IMG/VR virus record: IMGVR_UViG_3300049571_000380
Span: 32,001 to 96,000 of that record
Reading direction: 5' to 3' (one strand)
DNA length: 64,000 nucleotides
From: a virus
Shown here: positions 1 to 9,122 of the stretch, piece after piece
How the letters are laid out: the number at the start of each line of letters is the position of its first letter
Numbering within the stretch: position 1 is the stretch's first letter
The notes under the pieces: generated by a model
What the model saw: the letters and a program-made list of their open reading frames with translations, nothing else
The model's database searches: none
Told to the model about the DNA's origin: nothing
Made by a program: the position numbers and the translations under genes

Positions 1-87
1 GTTCGGCGCGTACTCCGACGGCCCCAGGGCCAGCCCCAGGATCCTCTTCAGCTTCTTGATCACGTCTTCGTCCCTTCCGTCCGTCAT
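1..87 (-). CDS. hypothetical protein, 5' part only (runs off window)
   Basis: ATG at 87, open to window edge (MTDGRDEDVIKKLKRILGLALG...). Confidence 0.55.
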   Translation of the reverse strand, partial: MTDGRDEDVIKKLKRILGLALGPSEYAPN

Positions 88-150
88 GTCCCACCGTGGG
101 ACACAGGCGCGCACGAGCCCCCTCCCGTGCGCCCCTGAATCACGCGGTGA

Positions 151-393
151 TCACAGGTGGTCCGGGATCTCGATCCCGTGCTCTTCGAGCAGCGCCCGCA
201 GACCGGCGACCTCGGTCCGGTGGTTCTGCTCCCGGCGGGCGGCGTTGTCCCGGGCGTACGACTCGGCCACCAGCACGGCCACCTCGGGGTCGCAGTCGGC
301 CAGGTCACCGGCCGTCAGGCCGACCTCCCGCTCGTACCCCGGGTTCTCCTCCCGGTACTGCATGTCCCGCATGTCGTCATACGATCCGTGCAT
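151..393 (-). CDS. hypothetical acidic protein
   Basis: 80-aa ORF co-oriented with neighbours. Confidence 0.75.
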   Translation of the reverse strand: MHGSYDDMRDMQYREENPGYEREVGLTAGDLADCDPEVAVLVAESYARDNAARREQNHRTEVAGLRALLEEHGIEIPDHL

Positions 394-402
394 CTCGTCA
401 CC

Positions 403-855
403 TCACCACTTGTTCGAGTCGAACCAGTACAGCGTTCCGCCCGCCGACGTCTCCGCGCAGACCTCGCCGTCGTTGATCGCGTTGTCGGCGTACCACTTCT
501 CGAAGTCGTCCGCCGTAGGCGTGCCGCCCACGAAGGCGAGGGTGGTCCCCGTCTCCTCGGCGTGCTCTTCGGCGAGGGTCCGCCAGTCGCTCACGGTCTC
601 GCCCCGGTAGGAGTTCAGGACGTCGATCAGCCGCTCCGCGCTGAACTCGTCCTCGTCGTTCTCCGTCAGGGCCACGAACGCCGCCTCGATGCGCTCCGAG
701 TCCCGCTCCACCTTGTCGTGGTCGATGACCTGGTCACAGAGCCACTGTGCGAGCGGTCCGTGCTGCTCCCCGGCGTCGATGCTGTCCCATTCGGCGATCT
801 CCGCCGCTTCCAGGGCGTTGTCCCACTCGTCCCTGCTGTACCGAACGTCACTCAT
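403..855 (-). CDS. ArdA-like anti-restriction (DNA mimic) protein
   Basis: About 25% Asp+Glu; C-terminal pattern SYRGE..SD...LAEEHAEETG...DFE...D....GE...G..YWF resembles ArdA; strong SD. Confidence 0.6.
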   Translation of the reverse strand: MSDVRYSRDEWDNALEAAEIAEWDSIDAGEQHGPLAQWLCDQVIDHDKVERDSERIEAAFVALTENDEDEFSAERLIDVLNSYRGETVSDWRTLAEEHAEETGTTLAFVGGTPTADDFEKWYADNAINDGEVCAETSAGGTLYWFDSNKW

Positions 856-930
856 GTCCTGTTCCTTTCCGTCCGTGGTCCACGGTGGGGCACCCGGTCT
901 CCCGGATGCCCGCCCGAAGCGCGCGGATGG

Positions 931-1449
931 TCAGCGCTGGACGCACGACCCGTCGCAGTGGACCGTCTCCCCGATGCCCGCACCGGAGGTCAGCACGTCG
1001 TCCGTGTCGGCGTGACCCTCGCACGGGTTGTGATCGGCGCACCGCTTGACCAGGGTGATGTTCCCGGCCGCGTCCGTGTCGACCTCGCACCCGTTGCCCT
1101 CGGCGGAGCACTCCATCCAGTCCCGCATGACGATGTACTCGCCCATGTCGACGTTGAGCACCCAGCCGTCGGGAAGCTGCTCACCCAGGTACTCGATCGC
1201 CTTGTCGGTGATGCCGCCCTGGCCCGTCATGGCCTCCAGCTTGTCCAGCTCGGCGCCCGACGTGCCGGAGTCGGACTCTCCCGACGCGCGGTACCGGTCG
1301 ACGACCGCCGTGTCCTCGGCGTCCAGCTCCATCCCGTGGTGCGTGGCGATGTCGACGATGCGGTACGAGTTCGTCCAGCCCTGCGCCCCGTCCAGCCAGC
1401 ACCCGGTCTCGACCTGGTTGCCGTTCTCCAGCGTGATGATCTCCGTCAT
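931..1449 (-). CDS. hypothetical protein (acidic, Cys/His C-terminus)
   Basis: Start MTEIITLE after SD GGAAGAGGAGAAGGG. Confidence 0.75.
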   Translation of the reverse strand: MTEIITLENGNQVETGCWLDGAQGWTNSYRIVDIATHHGMELDAEDTAVVDRYRASGESDSGTSGAELDKLEAMTGQGGITDKAIEYLGEQLPDGWVLNVDMGEYIVMRDWMECSAEGNGCEVDTDAAGNITLVKRCADHNPCEGHADTDDVLTSGAGIGETVHCDGSCVQR

Positions 1450-1487
1450 GCCCTTCTCCTCTTCCGTCGTGATCCTGCGAGCCGGTC

Positions 1488-1880
1488 TTACGCGTCGCCC
1501 TCGGCGGCGTTGATCAGTTCCTGGGCGCGGTCCCCGCCCCGCATCCCCCACTCGTGGTAGTCGATGCGCTCCCGGGCCGTCGCTCCGTAGCGGGAGTACG
1601 CCACCTGCACGGCCAGCAGGAACTCGCCGTCGTCCCCGTCGGGCTCGATGCCCATCAGGCGCAGGTACCGCATCGCGGCGGCCGTGTAGAACGCGCACGC
1701 CTGCCGGGCTCCCTGCGGTCCGTACCACACCCGGCCGTCCCGGGCGTCGGCGTACGACGTCCCGTGCTCCGGGTGCGAGCCGACCGGCCCCAGCTTGAAC
1801 ATGCCACCCGTGATCTTCTCGACCCGGGCCGCGACCTCCGCAACGAACGCCGCCGTGAACTTGATTCGTGCAGCTTCCAC
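1488..1880 (-). CDS. hypothetical protein
   Basis: GTG at 1880 spaced 9 nt from ACGGAAAGG; ATG at 1907 is an alternative start. Confidence 0.7.
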   Translation of the reverse strand: MEAARIKFTAAFVAEVAARVEKITGGMFKLGPVGSHPEHGTSYADARDGRVWYGPQGARQACAFYTAAAMRYLRLMGIEPDGDDGEFLLAVQVAYSRYGATARERIDYHEWGMRGGDRAQELINAAEGDA

Positions 1881-1989
1881 CGTTTCCATCCTTTCCGTCC
1901 GGTTCATGACCATTCGACCGATCAGGAACACACTGGAAGACTCGGAACCGGGCCCCAACCCGGCCCCGAATCCTCCCGAATGCCTCAGA

Positions 1990-2100
1990 TCACCCGGCCT
2001 TGCCGTCTCTGATCTTGCGCAGTCCCGCCCACAGGTACCGCAGGCCCATGCAGGCCAGCCCGCACCCGAAGTACAGGACGAACACGAGACCGAAGATCAT
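1990..2100 (-). CDS. small membrane protein (36 aa)
   Basis: MIFGLVFVLYFGCGLACMGLRYLW hydrophobic helix; start overlaps stop of upstream gene. Confidence 0.6.
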   Translation of the reverse strand: MIFGLVFVLYFGCGLACMGLRYLWAGLRKIRDGKAG

Positions 2101-2363
2101 GCACCCGCCACCGTGAAGACGTACGTCTCCGGGGTGTCCCGGCTCCACAGCAGCCGCGCGCCGTCCGGCAGCAGCTTCCCGGCGACGATCTCCGCCGCCT
2201 CCCGGCCCTCCGTGATCCGGTCGCCGTCCTTGATCGGGGACGGAAGCCAGATGTGCGCTCCCGTCTGCCGGTCCGTGGCACCGAGGCCCATCGTCGGCGA
2301 CCCGTTCGCCGTGTGCTGCTTGCCCCGTACGACGATCTCCCGGGGCCCGTTTCCGCTGCTCAT
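2097..2363 (-). CDS. hypothetical protein
   Basis: MSSGNGPRE start after AAGGGAGAGGG. Confidence 0.7.
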   Translation of the reverse strand: MSSGNGPREIVVRGKQHTANGSPTMGLGATDRQTGAHIWLPSPIKDGDRITEGREAAEIVAGKLLPDGARLLWSRDTPETYVFTVAGA

Positions 2364-2389
2364 GCGTCCCTCTCCCTTGCCTGATCCGA

Positions 2390-3019
2390 TCACGAACAAC
2401 CACACCGCGCGTACGCGGATACCGCCTTGCTGCACCCCGGGCACTGCTCCCATCCGCCCCGGGTCGGCCGTTGCATCTCCATCACCAGGTCAGCGCCCGA
2501 ATCCGGGCACCCGCACCCGGCCGTGGGGTGCTTGACCTGAAAGCAGCTCCCGCATACCGGCCGGGGCGCCACCACCAGAGGCGTACGAACCGCCGTGGTC
2601 CGGCTCCGTGGCGCCGGAGCCGGAACCGTACCGGACGGCAGGATGCGCAAGCCGTCCTTGACCAGCCGGACCACTTCGCCGTCGGCCGCCTCCCACGGGA
2701 GCCGGACCACGACCCCGCGCTTGCCTCCCGGGTTGACTAGCCACTCCTCATGAGGCGTGTCCAGCGGCCGGGGAACCGGCTCCGTGGCCTTGCGCAGGAA
2801 CACCCGCATGTAGCCGGTCTCGTCCGCGTCCGGCCACTCCCGGACCGGCCGATGCGCTCCGTACCGGGACGGCTCGTCTCCCAGGAACCAGGTCCGCCCG
2901 GCTCCCAGTTGGTTGCGTTCGAGCAGACAGCGGCCCGCTTGCTCCCGTGACGGCAGACGCTCGACTTCCAGACCGGACGTCGGGGTGCGTGCCGTCGGGA
3001 CATAGATCGCGTACAGCAC
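2390..3019 (-). CDS. hypothetical protein with C-terminal Cys clusters (CxxC, possible Zn ribbon)
   Basis: CGSC...CGC, CPGC...CGC motifs. Confidence 0.65.
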   Translation of the reverse strand: MLYAIYVPTARTPTSGLEVERLPSREQAGRCLLERNQLGAGRTWFLGDEPSRYGAHRPVREWPDADETGYMRVFLRKATEPVPRPLDTPHEEWLVNPGGKRGVVVRLPWEAADGEVVRLVKDGLRILPSGTVPAPAPRSRTTAVRTPLVVAPRPVCGSCFQVKHPTAGCGCPDSGADLVMEMQRPTRGGWEQCPGCSKAVSAYARCGCS

Positions 3020-3025
3020 TCCCGG

Positions 3026-3577
3026 TCAGCCCTCCTGTGGCTCACGGTGCAGGACCACCCATCCGACCGCCTCCCGCTCCCGCTGCTCCCCGCTCTCGTC
3101 CGTGCAGATCACACACGGGTCCGACAGCTTGCACGTGGGCGATTCGTTGGGGCAGACCTCCGAGTCGACCTCGACCATGCACGCCACCCAGTAGCCGGGT
3201 GTCGACAGGATGTGCTCCGCCAGGCTCCCGCCGATGAACTCCGACACGTGCATGACCGGGTTGTCCTTGTGGTTCCCGTACTGGCCGGTCCATCCCGTCT
3301 CGGCCGTCCATCCGGCCCGCTCCAGGTCGGCGATCAGCGCGGCGTCGTGCTCGGCGAGGATCTGCCCGTCGTCATCCGTGTCCATGTTGATCTCCGGGGC
3401 GTGTACGCCCCGGACGTCGTCGTGCACGAGACCGCCCGCGTCCACCCTGATCACGTGATCCATCGACATCAGAGCGTCAAGGGTGTCCGACTTGGAACGG
3501 GAACCCTCCTTGATCCAGCTCCCGCCCAGGTTGCGCACCCCGTTGTCCCATGCCGACACGTACCGCTGACCAGCCAT
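3026..3577 (-). CDS. hypothetical protein
   Basis: MAGQRY start after ACGGAAGGGAGAAAAAG. Confidence 0.75.
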   Translation of the reverse strand: MAGQRYVSAWDNGVRNLGGSWIKEGSRSKSDTLDALMSMDHVIRVDAGGLVHDDVRGVHAPEINMDTDDDGQILAEHDAALIADLERAGWTAETGWTGQYGNHKDNPVMHVSEFIGGSLAEHILSTPGYWVACMVEVDSEVCPNESPTCKLSDPCVICTDESGEQREREAVGWVVLHREPQEG

Positions 3578-3663
3578 GACTTTTTCTCCCTTCCGTCCGG
3601 ACCATCCGGCACCACGGACCCGCACGGAGTCGCCCCCGTGCAGGCCCGAAGCACTGCGCTCCG

Positions 3664-3903
3664 TCACCGTTCCCGCAGGTCGCATCCGTGCGCGTAGTAG
3701 AACCGCGTCCCCAGGATCGTGATCGTCTGACCTTCGTCAGTGATCACGTTCTCCCCCAGCTCTTCGAGCCGGTCCAGGACCCGCTCCAGCTCCCCGTACG
3801 TCTCCCGGATCTGCACCCGCGCCGGGTCGGCCGCCAGTTCGTCACGCTCCCGCTGGAGCCGGGCGATCTGTGCGTCTATCGCCTTCAGCTTGTCGCCGCT
3901 CAC
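3664..3903 (-). CDS. hypothetical protein (N-terminal coiled coil)
   Basis: 79-aa ORF in operon. Confidence 0.7.
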   Translation of the reverse strand: MSGDKLKAIDAQIARLQRERDELAADPARVQIRETYGELERVLDRLEELGENVITDEGQTITILGTRFYYAHGCDLRER

Positions 3904-3916
3904 GTGCGCCCCTCCC

Positions 3917-4375
3917 TCACATCCACACCGGCACGATCCGGTGCCCCTGGTTGGCGTCCAGGAACGCCATCCGTTCGGCCCGGCTGCTCATCCCCTCCGC
4001 GTCCGTCGGCCGGTTCAGGGTCATGCGCAGCCGGGACAGCGTGGTCCCTTCCAGAACCGGCGCGTCCCACGTCCACAGGGTGACCAGCCGGACCGTCTCG
4101 CTCGCTTCCGCCTCCCGGCTCTGCGAAACCTCGCAGAACGAGCCCGGGATCATGTAGTGCTCGCCGATGCACACGCGCGGCTCGTCCTCGACCGCCTTGC
4201 GCAACAGGTCTTGCATGTGACCGAGGTGATTCGACAGGCCGATGTACCCTTGCCAGTCCGGATCGGTCCCGTCACCCGTCTCGGGGGACAGGAACAGGTC
4301 GGCCGCACCCGCACGTCCCGCCGTCCACAGCCACCGCTTCCCGGCCGGGAGCCGGTACAGGTACGTGTGCTTCAT
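3917..4375 (-). CDS. hypothetical protein
   Basis: MKHTYLYRL start overlaps upstream stop. Confidence 0.7.
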   Translation of the reverse strand: MKHTYLYRLPAGKRWLWTAGRAGAADLFLSPETGDGTDPDWQGYIGLSNHLGHMQDLLRKAVEDEPRVCIGEHYMIPGSFCEVSQSREAEASETVRLVTLWTWDAPVLEGTTLSRLRMTLNRPTDAEGMSSRAERMAFLDANQGHRIVPVWM

Positions 4376-4680
4376 ACCGGCGTCCTCTCGTCCATGCCCG
4401 GCTCCCGTACGCTCTCCGTGACCCGCGCCAGGAACGCGGCACTGGCCGCCGGAAAGTCGTCCGTCGCCATCGTGGCCCGGATCTCCCCGTCGTCCTTGAC
4501 CACCCATACGCCGTAGCGTGGGCGGCCGTTCTCTCCCGTGCGCAGGGTCAGCAGCACACCCGCGAACCCGTAGCCACCGTGGAACACCTTGAACACGTGA
4601 TGCACGTCAGCCCGCGCATCCGCGATCTCGTCCCCCGGCTGCATGTGCACGCGCACCGATTCCGTCGTCGTCGCCCTCAT
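4372..4680 (-). CDS. hypothetical protein
   Basis: Start after ACGGAAGGGAGAGG. Confidence 0.75.
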   Translation of the reverse strand: MRATTTESVRVHMQPGDEIADARADVHHVFKVFHGGYGFAGVLLTLRTGENGRPRYGVWVVKDDGEIRATMATDDFPAASAAFLARVTESVREPGMDERTPV

Positions 4681-4764
4681 GCTTTCCTCTCCCTTCCGTG
4701 GACCGTCACCACACGGACGGATGCGGGACCGTGACCCCGCGCCCGCCCGAACAGCGGCGCTCCG

Positions 4765-5388
4765 TCAGACCGTCGGCCGGTTGGCCGTGATCAGGTCGAA
4801 CAGCGGGTGCGGCTCCCACGTGCGGGAACCGTCACGCCCGCGTCCCGGGTACGTCGGCCGCTCACCCTTGCACTCCCGCAGCGTGCGGCGCAGGGTCGCA
4901 ATGCCGACGCCCGTGTACGCCCGGATCAGGGCCAGGTCGATCTCCGTCTCCAGCATGAGGCGGCGCGCGGCCTCCCGGTTCCCGCTCTGCCGGGCCGACT
5001 CGGCGCACTCGTCGTTCGTGACCGTGAACAGGGCCAGGTCGTACTCCCAGTACCGCACGGAGTCGTCCACGAGCATCGCGTCCATGTCGCCCCCGCGCTT
5101 CACTGCGCGCAGGATCCGGGACCGCTCGGTGATCAGGGCCAGGAACTTCTCCCGGTCCATGCCGTCCTCCCACAGGTCCGACCACGTCGGCCGGATCCCG
5201 CGCACGTCGGCCCCGTTCGCGTACGAGTGCGCCATGTGCGCCATGTGACGCCACATGGTCACCGCGTCGGCCGACTCGTCGCTCAGGTAGCCGGGCTGTC
5301 CCGGACCGGGGCGCCCGTCGTGCTTCCGGCGGGTGTTGCTGAGCAGTTGGGCCAGCAACTCGTGGAACTTGGCAACCGTACGACCCAT
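4765..5388 (-). CDS. hypothetical protein
   Basis: MGRTVAKF start after GGAAGGGAGAAC. Confidence 0.75.
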   Translation of the reverse strand: MGRTVAKFHELLAQLLSNTRRKHDGRPGPGQPGYLSDESADAVTMWRHMAHMAHSYANGADVRGIRPTWSDLWEDGMDREKFLALITERSRILRAVKRGGDMDAMLVDDSVRYWEYDLALFTVTNDECAESARQSGNREAARRLMLETEIDLALIRAYTGVGIATLRRTLRECKGERPTYPGRGRDGSRTWEPHPLFDLITANRPTV

Positions 5389-5451
5389 GATGTTCTCCCT
5401 TCCGGCCGGGCCCGCATGGGCCCGGCGTCCGTCCATGACTTCCGTGTGTTG

Positions 5452-5733
5452 CTACGCGGCGAGACCCATCCGGTACGGGTCCGGCGACCACTCCCGCGTC
5501 TGCCCGTCGTGGTGCTCGTACGTCACCGTGACGTCGTGGAACACCAGCTTCCCGTCCTCCGTCGCGTACGTGGTCCGGATCTCCAGTTGGGTACCGGAGT
5601 TCAGGTTGTTGCGCAGCCTCCCCGCGATCAGGTCGGCCACCTGTTCGTCCGTGGCGTACCGCAGGGGCACGTACTCACCCGTGATGCACTCCCTGCACCC
5701 GCAGTCCCACGGGTCAACGGCGATCAACTTCAT
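5452..5733 (-). CDS. hypothetical protein (CxCxxC motif)
   Basis: MKLIAVDPWDCGCREC; abuts upstream stop. Confidence 0.7.
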   Translation of the reverse strand: MKLIAVDPWDCGCRECITGEYVPLRYATDEQVADLIAGRLRNNLNSGTQLEIRTTYATEDGKLVFHDVTVTYEHHDGQTREWSPDPYRMGLAA

Positions 5734-5735
5734 GA

Positions 5736-6173
5736 TCAGATCCCGTTGCTCTCGCGCTTCGGACCCGTGTTGACCAGCCCGATCATCTTCCGGCACGCCT
5801 GGCACGTCACGCCCGTGAGCGCCGTCCCCGACGACCAGACCGACATGCGGTTCCCGAGGTTCCGGGACGCGGGGCACAGACCCGCCGGAGGCTGGCCGGG
5901 CACCATGTTGAGCAGCGCGTGACCTTGCGTGTCCCTCCCGGGCACCTTGCCGTACTCCTGCGTGCGGAACGTGGCGATCCCGGTGATCAAGATCCCGTCC
6001 GCGTTCGGGAAGTGGCGCCCGCCGTCCGTGTCGTACAGGAACTGTTCCGGCTTAACCCGCCCGTCACGGCTCCCCGGCGTCCAGCCGTCCAGGTCGGCGA
6101 TCACGAACCCGCCCGCCGTCTGGATCAGCGAACCCCGCGCGATGTCGTCGATCTTCTGTCGCGTCGTGTCCAT
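5736..6173 (-). CDS. hypothetical protein (C-terminal C/H Zn-binding motif)
   Basis: MDTTRQKID...GH...LC...TCQAC. Confidence 0.7.
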   Translation of the reverse strand: MDTTRQKIDDIARGSLIQTAGGFVIADLDGWTPGSRDGRVKPEQFLYDTDGGRHFPNADGILITGIATFRTQEYGKVPGRDTQGHALLNMVPGQPPAGLCPASRNLGNRMSVWSSGTALTGVTCQACRKMIGLVNTGPKRESNGI

Positions 6174-6175
6174 GA

Positions 6176-6358
6176 TCAGCCCTCCGTCCCGATCGCCGCC
6201 GCCTTGACCGCGTCGAACCGGTCCGCCGGGATGCTGAGCCACTTGGACTCGCCCCCGTCCGACCGCACCTTGATCCGGAACGTGTCGCCGTACTCACCCG
6301 TCCCGGTCGGCCGCGCGCTCTCGAACTCCGCCGCGTGATACCGCTGCGTGTCGTCCAT
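6176..6358 (-). CDS. hypothetical protein
   Basis: 60 aa, strong SD ACGGAAGGGAGAAC. Confidence 0.7.
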   Translation of the reverse strand: MDDTQRYHAAEFESARPTGTGEYGDTFRIKVRSDGGESKWLSIPADRFDAVKAAAIGTEG

Positions 6359-6373
6359 GCCGTTCTCCCTTCC

Positions 6374-6836
6374 GTCCGGTCGTGCACTGGAATGCCGGGC
6401 CCCCTCCCGGCACTCCCGAACGCGACCGCGTCAGACGGGACGCTCGACACAGAGCAGATCGAACCTGTGCAGGTACGTCGACTCCTCCGTGCCGTCGTCG
6501 TTCTTGAACGTGACCGTGATCGTCCCCGGGTCCGCGTCGCCGCCGGTCCTCTCGACCTTGACGATCTCCCGCATCTGGTCACGGCTCCCGTACGCGCGCC
6601 ACGTGTCCGTGGGCGGGTGCATGTACCCGGCCCGCGTCCGCTCGATCCGGGGCCGGATGTTGTCCGCGTCCATCCCGCGCAGCCCGATGATCTTCTCGAA
6701 CTCCCGCGCGTGCTCACCCGCCCGTGCGAGCGCTTCCCCGGGCTTCAGGTAGTCGTACGTCGCCATGCTCTTCCCTCTTTCCGTCGTCCGGTCGTGCACT
6801 GGAATGCCGGGCCCCCTCCCGGCACTCCCGAACGCG
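6374..6836. repeat. 51-bp exact direct repeat (6374-6424 and 6786-6836) containing a 10-bp stem-loop
   Basis: GTCCGGTCGTGCACTGGAATGCCGGGCCCCCTCCCGGCACTCCCGAACGCG occurs in two consecutive intergenic gaps. Confidence 0.95.
6431..6766 (-). CDS. hypothetical protein, bracketed by the 51-bp repeats
   Basis: MATYDYLKP start after GGAAAGAGGGAAG. Confidence 0.75.
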   Translation of the reverse strand: MATYDYLKPGEALARAGEHAREFEKIIGLRGMDADNIRPRIERTRAGYMHPPTDTWRAYGSRDQMREIVKVERTGGDADPGTITVTFKNDDGTEESTYLHRFDLLCVERPV

Positions 6837-6852
6837 GCCGTGCGCCCGTGTG

Positions 6853-7251
6853 TCAGTCCTGCGGCGTCTCGCGGTACGTGCTGAACGACGCGACCGCCGT
6901 GCGGATCTTGTTCATTCCGGTCACGGTCGTCTGCGACTCGGCGTCGAAACCGAGCGTCCCGCGCGCCGGGATCGTCCACGTGTCGTCAGCGTTGCGCCAG
7001 GCGATCGGCGTCTCGTAGCTGAACACCACGTAGGTGGATCGGGCCGCTTCCGCGTGCCACTCCCGCGCGAGTCGGCCGACCTCCGACGGACGGGATCCCG
7101 CCGACCCCGGGCGCCCGCTCAGGTGGCCGGACGTCTCGAACGGCTTGCCCTCCTTCAGGACCGCCGCGTACGCCTCCCACCGCGCGTCACGGAGCACCTT
7201 GCCGTCGCGCCACGTCGTGACCTTCGCGTTCAGCTTGACCGTCTCACCCAT
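6853..7251 (-). CDS. hypothetical phage protein (YVVFSYETPIAW motif)
   Basis: MGETVKL start after ACGGAGAGGGAGAAG. Confidence 0.75.
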   Translation of the reverse strand: MGETVKLNAKVTTWRDGKVLRDARWEAYAAVLKEGKPFETSGHLSGRPGSAGSRPSEVGRLAREWHAEAARSTYVVFSYETPIAWRNADDTWTIPARGTLGFDAESQTTVTGMNKIRTAVASFSTYRETPQD

Positions 7252-7364
7252 GATCTTCTCCCTCTCCGTATTCCCGTTCGGCCTAGGCCGCTGCCCGATC
7301 ATAGACCGGCTGGAGCGCCCGGAGGACCCGGGCGCTCCCGTCCGCCTACATCGTGACCCGTTCG

Positions 7365-7898
7365 TTACTTCCGGGGCAGCTTGCTGATCTTCTCCAGCAT
7401 CTCCGACACGTCCCCGTCGGCGCCCTCCGCCACCGTCGTGCGCTCCGGGTACGACTGAGCCTCCGTGTCGAACGTCCAGCCGTACGGGTCCGTCTCGTCC
7501 TCCCGGATCGCGCCGAACTCCGAGGTGACCGGGCTCCCGTCCTCCATCTTCGACGACACCGACACCCCGCGCCCGTTCGGCATCCACAGCCGGACCACGG
7601 CGCACGGCTCCGCGTTCCCGTTCACCCACGACAGCGGGCCCTCGACCGTGGCGCCGTAGCGCAGGGACATGCGGGCCGCGAGGTTCGTCAGCTCCCGCCG
7701 CATGTGGTCCTTGAACGTCGTCCCGTCCGCCACGACGTCCACCGTCGAGTGAACCGCGTCGTACCCCTCGAACACCAGCCACGCCCGCGCGACCGCCACG
7801 GCCGCCGCCCTGTCCGCCGCCTCGAACTCCCGCAGCACGTAGCGCCCGGCGTCCGAACCGCTCCGGCACGCCGTGACCTTGATTCCGAACGTTGCCAT
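7365..7898 (-). CDS. hypothetical protein
   Basis: MATFGIKV start after ACGGAAGGGAG. Confidence 0.75.
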   Translation of the reverse strand: MATFGIKVTACRSGSDAGRYVLREFEAADRAAAVAVARAWLVFEGYDAVHSTVDVVADGTTFKDHMRRELTNLAARMSLRYGATVEGPLSWVNGNAEPCAVVRLWMPNGRGVSVSSKMEDGSPVTSEFGAIREDETDPYGWTFDTEAQSYPERTTVAEGADGDVSEMLEKISKLPRK

Positions 7899-7989
7899 CG
7901 TGCAACTCCCTTCCGTCGTCTCATCCCGGATAAGCGGGCCGGAACGCACGGGGATCCCGTGCGCTCCCGTCCACCGGTCCCGGACCGTG

Positions 7990-8481
7990 TCAGAAACAGG
8001 CGTCCCCGCTCGGCGCCACCAGCGTGCGGAACCGCTTGTGCCCGTACTTGCTCACCTCGTACAGGACCGTCGAGTTGTCCGCGTAGCGGATCTCTCCCGT
8101 CGGGCTGACGTCCGTGTCCGGGCGCCACTCCGGCTCGACCTCCCGCAGGTACGTGAAGATCTCCCGGTACCGCTTCGCAGCGCGCTGCATGGCGGTCAGA
8201 TGCTCCGGGGTGAACCGCCACCGGCAGAACGTGTCGATCATGCCGTACGTGCTCCGTCCCGGTTCGCCCAGCCACTTGTCATCGAACCGGGTCGGGTACG
8301 GAACCCCTCCCGTGTGGTGTGCCAGCATCCGGGCGTCCAGCGCCCAGCGCAGCATCCCGGCGCCCGTGAGGAACGTCCGCCGCTCCTCCGGCACGTGGCG
8401 CATCGTCCCGTCCGCCTGCCTCACGTCGTATCCGGGCCTGATGATCTCGTACACGTCCCGTCTCCCTTCCGTCGTGTCCAT
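7990..8481 (-). CDS. hypothetical protein
   Basis: 163-aa ORF; true start could be the downstream GTG after ACGGAAGGGAGA. Confidence 0.7.
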   Translation of the reverse strand: MDTTEGRRDVYEIIRPGYDVRQADGTMRHVPEERRTFLTGAGMLRWALDARMLAHHTGGVPYPTRFDDKWLGEPGRSTYGMIDTFCRWRFTPEHLTAMQRAAKRYREIFTYLREVEPEWRPDTDVSPTGEIRYADNSTVLYEVSKYGHKRFRTLVAPSGDACF

Positions 8482-8579
8482 CCCCGACAGGGTGGCGTCA
8501 GCGCCCGGGATCTCTCCCGGGCGCTCCCGTCATCCGGCCGGAATCCGTCCTTAGCTTCCGGACGTTCCCGCCGTTCCGG

Positions 8580-9005
8580 CTACTTCTTGATCTTGACCCC
8601 GAGCTGCTGGCAGTCCAGCACGCCGACCGTCCCGGCGACCGACAGCACGAACCGGTAGTTCGTGTACCGGTCGTACGCGATGTCGTTCAGGCCGTCGATG
8701 ATGCCCGCGCGGGTGTGGCCGGTCGCGGTCGCGTCCTTGCAGAACGCGCGGCGCTGCGACGCGGGGATCACCTTGTGCGTGTCGACGTCCCGGAACCACA
8801 GGTTCACGCCGTCGAGGACCGTCCCGCGCTTCAGGCACAGCCGGTTGTACGCGGGCATGCCCCGGTAGCCGGTCTCGCAGATGGACCGGACCGCCGCCGC
8901 CCGCGTCCCGTGCTGCGGGGCCGCGTCGGCAACGCCACTCGGCGCCATCAGCAGCGCGACGATCGCGGCGAGGAGAACGGCGACGCGGTTCGTGTTCTGA
9001 CCCAT
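8580..9005 (-). CDS. secreted protein (signal peptide, 4 Cys)
   Basis: RVAVLLAAIVALLMAPSGVADA signal-peptide pattern. Confidence 0.7.
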   Translation of the reverse strand: MGQNTNRVAVLLAAIVALLMAPSGVADAAPQHGTRAAAVRSICETGYRGMPAYNRLCLKRGTVLDGVNLWFRDVDTHKVIPASQRRAFCKDATATGHTRAGIIDGLNDIAYDRYTNYRFVLSVAGTVGVLDCQQLGVKIKK

Positions 9006-9122
9006 GATGATCTTCTCTCTTCCCGAAGCAATGGGCCCGGCGTTCCGGGCCCGCAGTGCCGGGCGGCACTCCCGGCGGACCGGATCCCGTGGACCCGGTC
9101 CGCCTAGGGCGTCTCCCCGACG

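Larger units (their letters stand above)
7312..8532 (-). promoter_or_regulatory. three related intergenic hairpins GACGGGAGCGC(A/C)CGGG-loop-CCG(T/G)GCG at 7312-7338, 7941-7967 and 8500-8525
   Basis: 11-12 bp stems with a shared 5' flank, in three consecutive gaps. Confidence 0.7.

Noticed and set aside
157-1560. 467-aa + strand ORF
   Set aside because: Antisense shadow of four minus-strand genes with good SDs; long stop-free frames are expected at about 70% GC
6374-6836. 51-bp repeat as a CRISPR array
   Set aside because: Only two copies, separated by a 361-bp stretch holding a whole gene; no cas genes
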